A stretch of DNA of 41,908 nucleotides from positions 1-41,908 of the IMG/VR virus record IMGVR_UViG_3300024265_000023; one strand, given 5' to 3'. The notes below the pieces were generated by a model that saw only the letters and a program-made list of their open reading frames with translations, was not told where the DNA came from and did no database searches. The DNA comes from a virus. Positions 26,758 through 35,608 of the stretch are shown piece after piece (position 1 is the first letter of the stretch; the number at the start of each line of letters is the position of its first letter). The position numbers and the translations under genes were made by a program.

Positions 26758-29136
26758 TTAATTTCCGATCCTTAAAATACCGTTGCGGATTAAGTCACCC
26801 GGCTGACAACCGATGCATAGTATTTGAGGCATACGAGATTTCAATTCATATGCCCCCATATCCAGTGCATCTCCATATTTTGATAAAACATCACCACTGG
26901 CATCTGTGATAACATTACCATTTAAATCTGTGACTGCGCTTGAATAAGGTGTTGAGCCATTTGGCGTACCAACATCTCTTGCCGAGGATAATTTTGTTAA
27001 ATTGAAATTAGATTTATCATCAACCGCAGTATATGCCCTGCGTTCACTATGCCCATCACCACTTGTTGTTTCTGTGCTAAGTGGTTCATACCAATCCCAA
27101 AAGTCCCTTTGACTACCAACTTTTAGACCCTTGTTTTCATAGAGCTTAAAAATATCATGTACTGTCTCAGCGGCTTCCTGCTCAGCAATCTCATCTATTA
27201 CGTATCCATGGTACATAATATTGTAGGCTCCACCTATTGTGGCAACGTAGCTCGCCTTACCATTTGCTTCTGATTCGGGAATTCCTGAAATAGATGAAAA
27301 CTCTATACCAAACCGATTTAAATCATATAGATAAATACCGCTATCATCAGGCATATATCCGTTTTTCCCTCTAGCAGTAAAATAACCCGCTTCTTTTTCT
27401 GCATCAAGAACATCATCGTCGATACAATTATACGGACCCACAAATGAAACAACTTCATATGGTTCACCAATAATAGCTTCGATAATATCTTCCAAGGAAT
27501 CCTTGCCGTACTTAAGCTCGAACCAAAGGTATTCCGTTTTATCTACATCTAAATCAAGTGAACCTGATCCTGCAATATTTGTATTAATATCGGTAAGCAC
27601 TATTGCGCCGGTTTGCCCATTAATACTATTCTCCGTTCTGGGTGTCGCTGTTGCTGTCCAATCAGCTAATGCCGAAATATCCGCGGCAAGCTCGATACCA
27701 GTTTTAAATTCAAAGCTGCCACCGATCACGAGATTTATAGCCGGGTAAGTTCCTCCCCCTTGACCAGAAGAACGCCCAAGGGTGATTGTGCCATTCCAGT
27801 CTGTATAATCTTTGTAAATGCCATTCCAATCAGGACTCCCACCGTTAGTGGTATCCGCACTAATTAATACACTAAGGCTTTCTCCACTATTGTTTGTTAA
27901 GTTCATCATCCCGGTTATATCAGTTAAACAGGAATGTGCGTAAGCATGGCTACCGATATCATGACCATCTTCTATCACTTCGACGATTTTTGATTCATAT
28001 GTAGCATTAGCAATTTCAATCCATTTATATGTATCAATAGCCCATGTAAAATGCCATCCTCGGTCATCACATTGGTCTTGTAAAAACTGGAAACCTTCGG
28101 TTTCTTCTACCGAATATGCGTCATCCATTGTGAGTGTGATATATCCAGTTCTGGGTAATTGTTTTAGATAGGCATAGGACTCGACGGTGTTAGTCGGAGT
28201 AATTTCAGTGTCCCACGAAGTATCACCGCTTAAACGGGTGTAAACAACATTGTAAGATGCGGTTACATTTGAACATGCACCATAAACACTTTGTCGCCCC
28301 TGACCTTCGTTTAAACCAATCCCAAAAAAAATATTGTTTGAAATTGTACTGTTTGAAGCATGGGCAAAATTTATGCCATACCATGTCGTTCCTGAAATTA
28401 TATTGTTATAAAAATTAGTCGTATTGTTTGTGTTAGAATCAGTTATATAATATCCATTTGAAAGATAATTAGATGAGGGCCTCATCTCGTTATAATAAAT
28501 TTCAAAATCTGAATCACCTATTGATACGCTTGCATCAGAAGAACCTGTTCCTTTTATTCCAGCAAATATATTGTATCTAAGAACCCCCGAAGAATTTGCA
28601 AGTGCTAAACTTTTTTCCTGGTTATCTTTAAAAATACACCACTCAACTATTGCCCCTGTTGTGGTAGAAATCAGAACAGCCTGAGCTGTTGATGTCGAAT
28701 TTCGAACCGTTAAATATTTGAGATTAAACCCTGTTTTGCCAATCGAATATATCCACCGACCGCTTGCGGCTCCGTCGTTCAGATCCACAATAGTATTAAT
28801 AGGATTGTCCGTACCACCCTGAACAGTTATATTGTCTGATTTTACCCCATTATAACTAATTCCACCATCAGACCACAGCCACGCTCCGGGTTGAATTTGA
28901 ATGATATCGCCAGCAGATGTTGCAGCATTGATAGCTCCATCAATTGTATCATATACAGTTGCAGATCCGCTGCCGCATTCGCGTGTTATGGGGTCGTAAT
29001 CAGTATCAGATGGGGTGGAACAGGAAGAGCTGTGCCCCAATGCAGCCTTGTCCGCATAGTAAGTAGCACACCAAACCTGCGGAACCAGGAAAAAGAAAAC
29101 CAGCAGGATTGATATCATTTGTTTAAATATTTTCAT
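26758..29136 (-). CDS. Tail spike with a signal peptide, a beta-helix repeat region and a CE4 (NodB-type) polysaccharide deacetylase-like domain
   Basis: MKIFKQMISILLVFFFLVPQVWC signal. Beta-helix-like repeats (YNIFAG, YNNIISG, SNNIFFG). ITLTMDDA plus GHDIGSHAYAH (27934-28131) match NodB motifs 1 and 2. Confidence 0.55.
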   Translation of the reverse strand: MKIFKQMISILLVFFFLVPQVWCATYYADKAALGHSSSCSTPSDTDYDPITRECGSGSATVYDTIDGAINAATSAGDIIQIQPGAWLWSDGGISYNGVKSDNITVQGGTDNPINTIVDLNDGAASGRWIYSIGKTGFNLKYLTVRNSTSTAQAVLISTTTGAIVEWCIFKDNQEKSLALANSSGVLRYNIFAGIKGTGSSDASVSIGDSDFEIYYNEMRPSSNYLSNGYYITDSNTNNTTNFYNNIISGTTWYGINFAHASNSTISNNIFFGIGLNEGQGRQSVYGACSNVTASYNVVYTRLSGDTSWDTEITPTNTVESYAYLKQLPRTGYITLTMDDAYSVEETEGFQFLQDQCDDRGWHFTWAIDTYKWIEIANATYESKIVEVIEDGHDIGSHAYAHSCLTDITGMMNLTNNSGESLSVLISADTTNGGSPDWNGIYKDYTDWNGTITLGRSSGQGGGTYPAINLVIGGSFEFKTGIELAADISALADWTATATPRTENSINGQTGAIVLTDINTNIAGSGSLDLDVDKTEYLWFELKYGKDSLEDIIEAIIGEPYEVVSFVGPYNCIDDDVLDAEKEAGYFTARGKNGYMPDDSGIYLYDLNRFGIEFSSISGIPESEANGKASYVATIGGAYNIMYHGYVIDEIAEQEAAETVHDIFKLYENKGLKVGSQRDFWDWYEPLSTETTSGDGHSERRAYTAVDDKSNFNLTKLSSARDVGTPNGSTPYSSAVTDLNGNVITDASGDVLSKYGDALDMGAYELKSRMPQILCIGCQPGDLIRNGILRIGN

Positions 29137-29178
29137 GAATCTTTATCCTCAATAAAGTTGAACAGAGGACCTTTTATA

Positions 29179-29583
29179 TTACCTCAAACCAAGAATAGCA
29201 ATTTTTTGAGAAACCTCGGCCTTGATAAAACAAATAACTTCGCCGGCTTCTTTTCCCATTGCAATTTCTATACCGGATACATAAAAGAAGTCTCCGTCAA
29301 TACCTGTCTTTGATATCTGAAATTCAACAACATTATCAATATGAGTATAATCTGATGCAGTCCCATTATGTACCTGAATAGCTATGTGCCTCAAGTTCTC
29401 AATGGTACTTGGTATTGATATTGCCTGCCACGCTCCCGTTGTTGAAATGTGTGCAATTGTTTCTATTGCAGTCCCTTCAACCGTGTCATTTGTACGCTGG
29501 ATAGCATATGCAGATGCTATAAGAACTAATAACGCAAATGCAATTACAAACAATGCATTAAATTTTTTTGTCAAAAGTTTCAT
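29179..29583 (-). CDS. Small protein with a signal peptide or membrane anchor (134 aa)
   Basis: N-terminus MKLLTKKFNALFVIAFALLVLIASAYA. Confidence 0.55.
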   Translation of the reverse strand: MKLLTKKFNALFVIAFALLVLIASAYAIQRTNDTVEGTAIETIAHISTTGAWQAISIPSTIENLRHIAIQVHNGTASDYTHIDNVVEFQISKTGIDGDFFYVSGIEIAMGKEAGEVICFIKAEVSQKIAILGLR

Positions 29584-29633
29584 AATAATTCCTTATAAAA
29601 ACATATAAGTCAGGCGTAAAACAATAACGCCAC

Positions 29634-29662
29634 AAATAAAAGGTATCCAACTATAAGATACC
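29634..29662 (-). terminator. Weak rho-independent terminator candidate
   Basis: Minus sense: GGTATC-ttatagttg-GATACC followed by TTTTATTT, 19 nt after the stop at 29681. Confidence 0.35.
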
Positions 29663-29680
29663 AATTTTTAACCAATTGTT

Positions 29681-30460
29681 TCATTTTAACACCTTCATAG
29701 CAGGCTTGGCAGCCTCATGATAAGTTTGACATCCTGTATAAAAAGGTTTGCCATCATTAAACCTGAGACAAGTCATATCACCGCGATCCCATGCAAACTC
29801 AAGCCATTTCCTGAATACATGATTGATTAAATACTTTGGCTGTTTCGGATTCCCCTTGACTCTATCAACAGCGGAATAGATCTTTTTTTCCATATTTTTT
29901 GCAAGGGGAGGCTGTTCATATTCCTTGGTCGGCCCAAGTTTAATTTCAAACTCAGTGCAGTACCTTTTCAGGATAACAACAATATCAGGATTAATTTTAT
30001 CAATGGCATCCCTAACTTGACGATACCGCTTCAACCCGTCTGTTTTGCTGTTGCAATAGAAATAACCGCCATATGAGTAGGTGACATATGGTCTTTCTTC
30101 AATGCCACATTTGCAAAACCGGTCCTTGTATTCAAACCCTTTTACAAATTCGTATTGCCATTCAAGCAGCTTGAACAGTTCTTCAACTGTATTGAGTTTA
30201 ACAACGACTTTCCAGCAATCAAGGCAGGCAGTCGGAACAAAATTGCAGTGATCAAAAATAGCCCGGTAAAGATCGCATGTCCTGTCAGGGTCAGGGTTTG
30301 TGTAACACCATTTCCTGTTAGGATCAATTGCATGCCTGGCTGTTATTTTCTTTGATTGGCAATCAATAATCCATCCCGCTTTAAAAAGGGATTGAGCAAA
30401 TTCAATGATATCGAATCTTACAAGGGTATCAAGTTTGATACTGTCAAGGAATACACCCAT
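29681..30460 (-). CDS. Cys-rich hypothetical protein (259 aa) inside the head-tail module
   Basis: ORF track. At least 12 Cys, including CLDC and CKC. Confidence 0.6.
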   Translation of the reverse strand: MGVFLDSIKLDTLVRFDIIEFAQSLFKAGWIIDCQSKKITARHAIDPNRKWCYTNPDPDRTCDLYRAIFDHCNFVPTACLDCWKVVVKLNTVEELFKLLEWQYEFVKGFEYKDRFCKCGIEERPYVTYSYGGYFYCNSKTDGLKRYRQVRDAIDKINPDIVVILKRYCTEFEIKLGPTKEYEQPPLAKNMEKKIYSAVDRVKGNPKQPKYLINHVFRKWLEFAWDRGDMTCLRFNDGKPFYTGCQTYHEAAKPAMKVLK

Positions 30461-30637
30461 TTAAACCACCGTCAACGTTACAGTGTTTGATGATGTGAGA
30501 GTATCAGAATCTTTTGGAATAAAGATCTCCCCAAGGATACCATTTGTACCGACAACCTCATAACGATTATAAATATCCTCCCTGATCACTTTTTTCTTTG
30601 CTCTCTTTTTAGTGACGTCATCCGTTAAATTTGCCAT
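30461..30637 (-). CDS. Small hypothetical protein (58 aa)
   Basis: Hand-found ORF. GGGAG RBS. Sequence MANLTDDVTKKRAKKKVIREDIYNRYEVVGTNGILGEIFIPKDSDTLTSSNTVTLTVV. Its stop abuts the next ATG. Confidence 0.5.
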   Translation of the reverse strand: MANLTDDVTKKRAKKKVIREDIYNRYEVVGTNGILGEIFIPKDSDTLTSSNTVTLTVV

Positions 30638-30645
30638 CTTTAATC

Positions 30646-30682
30646 TCCCGGGCTATATATCCCCCGGGAAAGCCCCGGGGGA
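30646..30682 (-). terminator. GC-only hairpin downstream of the capsid/cement genes; attenuator or mRNA-stabiliser candidate
   Basis: CCCCCGGG (30661-30668), a 5-nt loop, then CCCGGGGG (30674-30681). There is no clean U tract on the minus strand. Confidence 0.3.
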
Positions 30683-30712
30683 TGGTTAATTATTATTATT
30701 TAAAATTAAAGC

Positions 30713-31159
30713 TTATCCAGGCACTTCGTTATCAAGACCGATCCATGAATCGATCTTTGATGCGGAGATAGCCGCGGCACCACTGTAAATCACGCCGGTA
30801 TATCTCAGAACTTCAAACCCGGTTGGCAATCTGATTGCGAACTTTGTGCCGGCTACTGTTGTGGCTGGAATAACAATTGATGCCTTTGTTGTTCCGCCTG
30901 AAGAGATGGAAGCATCAGCCGCCTTTGTTACCAGGCTTGCAGTCATAATCCCACCAGCACCGACAAGCGCAACATTCACATTTACATTCCACATAGAATC
31001 GCCAAGTTCTGGTGATTTTGCATCATCCCACCCGTCCAGCTGGCCGGTACCAAGATCAATGATATTTGTGGAAACAACGGTTGTTAAGGTTGAAGATGAG
31101 CTTGCGATTACTATTGACTGAGCATCGCTAAGTTCAAGCCCTGCATCTAAAACTGTCAT
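30713..31159 (-). CDS. Putative capsid decoration/cement protein (Bbp16-like, from memory)
   Basis: 148 aa immediately after the capsid gene. Beta-rich A/G/S/T/V composition. LRYTGVIYSGAAAISASKIDSWIG resembles that family's C-terminus. Confidence 0.4.
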   Translation of the reverse strand: MTVLDAGLELSDAQSIVIASSSSTLTTVVSTNIIDLGTGQLDGWDDAKSPELGDSMWNVNVNVALVGAGGIMTASLVTKAADASISSGGTTKASIVIPATTVAGTKFAIRLPTGFEVLRYTGVIYSGAAAISASKIDSWIGLDNEVPG

Positions 31160-31223
31160 GATATTTTACCTCTCTCTTATTAATTAAAACCAAACGATTT
31201 AAAAAAATATTAAAAACCGGTTA

Positions 31224-32192
31224 TCAAGTCAGGGCAGCTTCAGTATCAATAATCTTATCAACCTGTCTGATTGGCACCATGTTAAACATCATGACATTGC
31301 CGCCACCGTCAAGACCGTCACCCTTTGAGAAATTTACATTGGACTTGTCTTTGAGTCTGATCTGCATCTGGCTCATGATGGTTTCATTGACATAGATTCT
31401 ACGCCCGGGACCCTTGGTCATCCTGTTGAGAAGGATAATCAGATTGTCCTCATCAAAGATGTTGGTTGATCCTGATGTTTCAATGTTGGCAATACGGCCA
31501 ATGGATTTTTGATTTTTGACTGTGAAACCTGCATCCCATACAAACTGATCAACATATGCTCTGAAAGGATTTCCATCAGAATCCTTGACAGTTTCAATAC
31601 CAAGATCATTATGCTGCAACCCAACTTTTGAGTTTTTCGGAAAGAGCATGTGAGCCCTATCAATAGCCCAATCAACTACAAAAATTGAAGTAAGATCAGA
31701 ACCGGTCCCGCCTTCATTAATCACATTATCTGAAGCGGCGATACTTGCCAGCCTGGGAGCAATACCTGTAAACTGCTCAGGGGTTGTGATGGTATTGCTG
31801 TATATAATTGAGGAAGCCATTGTTTTACCAAGGCCCCGCACAAAAGCCATTGCTTCATCGTTCCTAGCCTGTTTTGGATTCGGGAAAGCATCAATAAGCT
31901 TAATATCATTTTCTGACCAGGATTCAAGGATACCGATTGTATCTGTGATTGCAACAGTCTCACCCTTTTCAAAGGTTGAACCTTTATTCAGCTTTCTAAA
32001 AGCTCCTGAAGGTTCTTTCACCCACCGGGTGCCCTTGTTGGAAAAGGTGTCATTCGCTTCCCGCCAGATTGCATCTTCAATAATCTGGTTTTCTTCCATA
32101 AGAGCGTCAACAATAGCGTTCATGCTTCCATCAGGAGCTTTCCGAATTGCCACTTCATCAAGTCTTAAACCGTTTGTTGTAAGAGTCGTCAT
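31224..32192 (-). CDS. Major capsid protein
   Basis: 322 aa from ATG 32192 (GGGAGA RBS). Follows the scaffold-like gene and precedes the cement-like gene. Confidence 0.7.
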   Translation of the reverse strand: MTTLTTNGLRLDEVAIRKAPDGSMNAIVDALMEENQIIEDAIWREANDTFSNKGTRWVKEPSGAFRKLNKGSTFEKGETVAITDTIGILESWSENDIKLIDAFPNPKQARNDEAMAFVRGLGKTMASSIIYSNTITTPEQFTGIAPRLASIAASDNVINEGGTGSDLTSIFVVDWAIDRAHMLFPKNSKVGLQHNDLGIETVKDSDGNPFRAYVDQFVWDAGFTVKNQKSIGRIANIETSGSTNIFDEDNLIILLNRMTKGPGRRIYVNETIMSQMQIRLKDKSNVNFSKGDGLDGGGNVMMFNMVPIRQVDKIIDTEAALT

Positions 32193-32220
32193 ATTTATTT
32201 CTCCCAATTATGCAGGGGAG

Positions 32221-32910
32221 TTACTTCTTTCCATCCATTGATGGGAAACTAAGCATTTTCTTGCCATCCTCACCAAGGTTTTCTTTACTTGAAAAGAGTC
32301 CGTCACCGCCTGCGTTAAGTTTACCTTCGCTTATTGCGGCACCGAGCTTGCTCATCATACCGAAAAATTGATCATTATTGGAAATTGGATCATCTTTGAG
32401 CCCTTCAACTTCAAAAGCAACCATAGCTTTCAATGAGTTCTCAACTGCAGCGTCATATCCTGAGCCTAAAGATTCCTTTCTCCTGGAAATTGTTTCTTCG
32501 CCGACTTTGTTCTGACTTTCGGCAAAGGTTTTATTCCCGTCAATGATGGAATCAGTCATGAAACCCATGATCTTTGAATACTGATCAGGTTGCAATCCAA
32601 TTTCAAGGGAAAGATCCTTGAACTTGTTGGATCCTTCATCACCAAACTTGATACCATTAGGATTGTTCTCCTCATGGAAAGCATGCTCTGAAGGTATTTC
32701 ATATTTGTATCCATCAACATTTTCCGGTAATACTGGTTGCGATGCCTTTAAATCAACGTAACTCTGTGCAAGACCGTCAAGGTTTTCGAATCCCGAAAGA
32801 CTCTCATTCTCTTTTAAATCAGCACCTTGAATTCCGTCAAGAAAAGATGTCTGCTGACCGCCATCACCGGCACCGGTGTTACCCTGGCCGTTTCCGTCGC
32901 CTTCACTCAT
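32221..32910 (-). CDS. Scaffolding protein
   Basis: 229 aa, acidic and G/D/E-rich low complexity. Lies between portal and capsid. Confidence 0.6.
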   Translation of the reverse strand: MSEGDGNGQGNTGAGDGGQQTSFLDGIQGADLKENESLSGFENLDGLAQSYVDLKASQPVLPENVDGYKYEIPSEHAFHEENNPNGIKFGDEGSNKFKDLSLEIGLQPDQYSKIMGFMTDSIIDGNKTFAESQNKVGEETISRRKESLGSGYDAAVENSLKAMVAFEVEGLKDDPISNNDQFFGMMSKLGAAISEGKLNAGGDGLFSSKENLGEDGKKMLSFPSMDGKK

Positions 32911-33247
32911 CTGATTTCTCCCGTGTGTGTAATTTTTTTGCCGTGATTAGCCTTTCTAAAATATATTCAAGACCAAGCATATCAATGAAAAGATTTCCTA
33001 TTTCTCGTTTACCTTCTTTTGCATATGCGCTGGCATTAATTTGTTCAAAATCCCTGAAGACATACATTTCATGCATCAAGAAGAAAAGAACCCGGGCGCC
33101 CTCTGGGGTGCCAAAGGTGTCTTTTAAATCCATGATGCGCTTTTCAAATTCAAGCTTCATCAATTCTTCTTGGGCATCAGTCCTCTTTTTGTTATCTTCC
33201 ATGAAGACTGGGTCACCATTATCATATTTATATACTTCTTCGGTCAT
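32903..33247 (-). CDS. Conserved head-module protein (114 aa)
   Basis: ORF track. Overlaps the portal stop. The TPEGARVLFFLMHEMYV pattern is recalled from BPP-1-like phages. Confidence 0.5.
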   Translation of the reverse strand: MTEEVYKYDNGDPVFMEDNKKRTDAQEELMKLEFEKRIMDLKDTFGTPEGARVLFFLMHEMYVFRDFEQINASAYAKEGKREIGNLFIDMLGLEYILERLITAKKLHTREKSDE

Positions 33248-34938
33248 TATTGAACATTCTCCGCTATTGCATCAAGGGCAGTTCCTTCACCAACCTTGGC
33301 CTGACCTAAGTTTTTAGCGCCTGCCGTGGCTTCAAGTAATTGCTGTTGTTCGGCCTGTTTCTGATCTGCAAGCCTGAAAGCGTCCAGGATTACCCGGGCA
33401 TCCTCCGGGGATCTTGTCATTTCAACAGGGGCATTGATCGCGTCTGCATGCATTGAAAGCATTGTTAAAAAGTCCGTACTTGCAAAGGCTGACTGAGGAT
33501 CTAACCCTGCCACCCGTTCAACCATCGACATCTGACTATTGATACTTCTTGAAGCAAGAGCCTGGGCAGCCTGGGCAAGTGCGCTGTCATAATGTATTTT
33601 TATCTGGGCATTCTCAAGTTCTGCAGGGGGATCAGGAAGAAGACCACCAAAACCAAGAGACTTTAAAAAGTTATCTCTTCTCTGGATGATATTAAATGTT
33701 CTTTCCATTAATGGATCAAACAATTCTGTTATTTGCCGCCGGACAACCGGGCCCAAGACTAAAAGCTTTTCACCCTGCCGTTCAAGCAGTTCCGGAATAG
33801 TGATCTGCTTTGTTGTCTGAGTTATAAGAAAGAACAGATCATTGTAAAATATTTTTTCTATAAATTGCTGCATTTTCTCTATCTTGAATTCAAGATCTTT
33901 CCACCTGATATCAACCTTGAATAATGGTGCAACAACTTTGCCCATGTCATCACCAGGAATATAATTTGAAGCCCCGGGGATCAAGGATAAAACACCTTTG
34001 TATTTTGAATTGATGGCCATTGGTGGGGTATTTGTTTGATGAAGCCCTTTGACAGAACCTTTTTCAAACTCCTGAAGCATTTTAACTTTGCCAAGTGCAA
34101 GCAATCCAGGACCGAACCCATACGAAATATCTCCAACAGCTGACCACCGTGGAGCGGCAAAAGGTTTTTCATGATATCCACTGTCAAAAAGTTGTTTTGA
34201 ATCCTCAGTCGGTTCATACCATATATTACGATATGGGAAATCTTTCGGGAAGGGGGACCCTTCAATAAACTTTTCATTCGGCATTATAAATTGAACAGTA
34301 TCAAAATATTGATGTGGAGTAAGCTTTGAAGCTTTTTGAACCTGGTCTGAACATCGTTCAAAGGTAAACTTTTGAACCATTTCCCGGGCTGTCATCTTTG
34401 GAGTCCTGACTGTAGTGTCAACGAATCCATCGGCACCATTGGCAATCCTGTATTGACCTGCTGTCGTCAGTCTATAATTTACCATCAATTGATTGTGTTC
34501 CTCAGCAAGGACTGAAGCCGTTCCAAATCCTGATTCTTCTTCAATGGCAGTCTGGACAACCTGATAAAAGTTTGAATTATCAAAGACGTCATACATTAAA
34601 TTTTCAACTGCTGACAGATAAGTCCTTACAGGCCCGAACCTTTCAAGGGATTTATCCATCAAACCTATTCCGAACCATCGCGTAGTTGAATCAGCAAGAC
34701 CGCCCTGCATCATTGCAGCTGCGATAGATGCCGCCCTTGTTGCAGTCGGATCAAGGATATTATTAAACCTGCCCAAGATATTTCTAACGTCCTGATCTCT
34801 TCTGCCTTCAAGATATTGACCCCGGGCAGGCAGGATATAATCAGAGATATCTTTAAACACTGGCTCAAACAGATTGAAATTTGTATCCAATTCAGTGAGC
34901 AAACTATTTAATTTTGTATTCCCTGTTAATTCAGCCAT
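33247..34938 (-). CDS. Portal protein
   Basis: 563 aa in the terminase-to-scaffold interval. Call is based on size and synteny; no motif was verifiable by eye. Confidence 0.65.
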   Translation of the reverse strand: MAELTGNTKLNSLLTELDTNFNLFEPVFKDISDYILPARGQYLEGRRDQDVRNILGRFNNILDPTATRAASIAAAMMQGGLADSTTRWFGIGLMDKSLERFGPVRTYLSAVENLMYDVFDNSNFYQVVQTAIEEESGFGTASVLAEEHNQLMVNYRLTTAGQYRIANGADGFVDTTVRTPKMTAREMVQKFTFERCSDQVQKASKLTPHQYFDTVQFIMPNEKFIEGSPFPKDFPYRNIWYEPTEDSKQLFDSGYHEKPFAAPRWSAVGDISYGFGPGLLALGKVKMLQEFEKGSVKGLHQTNTPPMAINSKYKGVLSLIPGASNYIPGDDMGKVVAPLFKVDIRWKDLEFKIEKMQQFIEKIFYNDLFFLITQTTKQITIPELLERQGEKLLVLGPVVRRQITELFDPLMERTFNIIQRRDNFLKSLGFGGLLPDPPAELENAQIKIHYDSALAQAAQALASRSINSQMSMVERVAGLDPQSAFASTDFLTMLSMHADAINAPVEMTRSPEDARVILDAFRLADQKQAEQQQLLEATAGAKNLGQAKVGEGTALDAIAENVQ

Positions 34939-34941
34939 GGT

Positions 34942-35250
34942 TTATCCTAATTTCTTCTTTCTGATATCAGTATCCTGTCTAAGACCAAATGCGTCTGCGG
35001 CAAACGTGGAAGGGCGGCCACCGGCTTCAATGGCTTTTTTTCTCTCATCAACCTTCTTGGCAGCCGCTGCTGTTGCGTCACTCTCTGCCTTTCTTGCAGC
35101 CTCAAGCTGTGAAGCGGTTTGATCTTCCTTTTTTTTGAACTGGGCTTCAGCAGACTTCCTGGTTTTTCTTTGTTCTATAGCACTAACAGCAGCTGCCCCA
35201 CCACTAATTACCAACCCTATAACTACTAATGATACAGGATCAATTCCCAT
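34942..35250 (-). CDS. Small protein with an N-terminal transmembrane helix and an A/K/E-rich coiled region
   Basis: Sequence MGIDPVSLVVIGLVISGGAAAVSAI... Confidence 0.5.
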   Translation of the reverse strand: MGIDPVSLVVIGLVISGGAAAVSAIEQRKTRKSAEAQFKKKEDQTASQLEAARKAESDATAAAAKKVDERKKAIEAGGRPSTFAADAFGLRQDTDIRKKKLG

Positions 35251-35251
35251 G

Positions 35252-35608
35252 TTATACCTCCATGTAAGAAATTTTCATTATAACCGGTTCATTGAATCCA
35301 AACAATTTAACAAATCTATCCCAGATAGAACCGCTTTCAAAATTGTTCATGGTTGAAATTTTCTTAATATTCCTTGATGCAAGCATTCTCTTTATTAATT
35401 CCCAATCCCTTAAAGCCGCCTTCATTGTTGATGGTCTAAAATTATTATTGAACTTAAAATGAACTATTGCGGTATCAATTGCAATGGCATAAGCAAGATA
35501 ACCATAAACACATTTATTATGAACAACCCTGAAAAAAACATACTTGTCAGGCTCACAAAGGTTTTCAAACCCTGGATTATTTTTAATTTTAATTATCAAA
35601 GATATCAT
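35252..35608 (-). CDS. Hypothetical protein (118 aa)
   Basis: ORF track. Overlaps the TerL stop by 20 nt. Confidence 0.5.
   Translation of the reverse strand: MISLIIKIKNNPGFENLCEPDKYVFFRVVHNKCVYGYLAYAIAIDTAIVHFKFNNNFRPSTMKAALRDWELIKRMLASRNIKKISTMNNFESGSIWDRFVKLFGFNEPVIMKISYMEV

Noticed and set aside
22064-33317. Antisense or nested ORFs in structural genes (23065-23388, 25296-25589, 25738-26241, 31786-32241, 32742-33317 and similar)
   Set aside because: They overlap longer ORFs that are consistent with synteny. Their compositions are low-complexity or skewed, as expected for non-coding frames.
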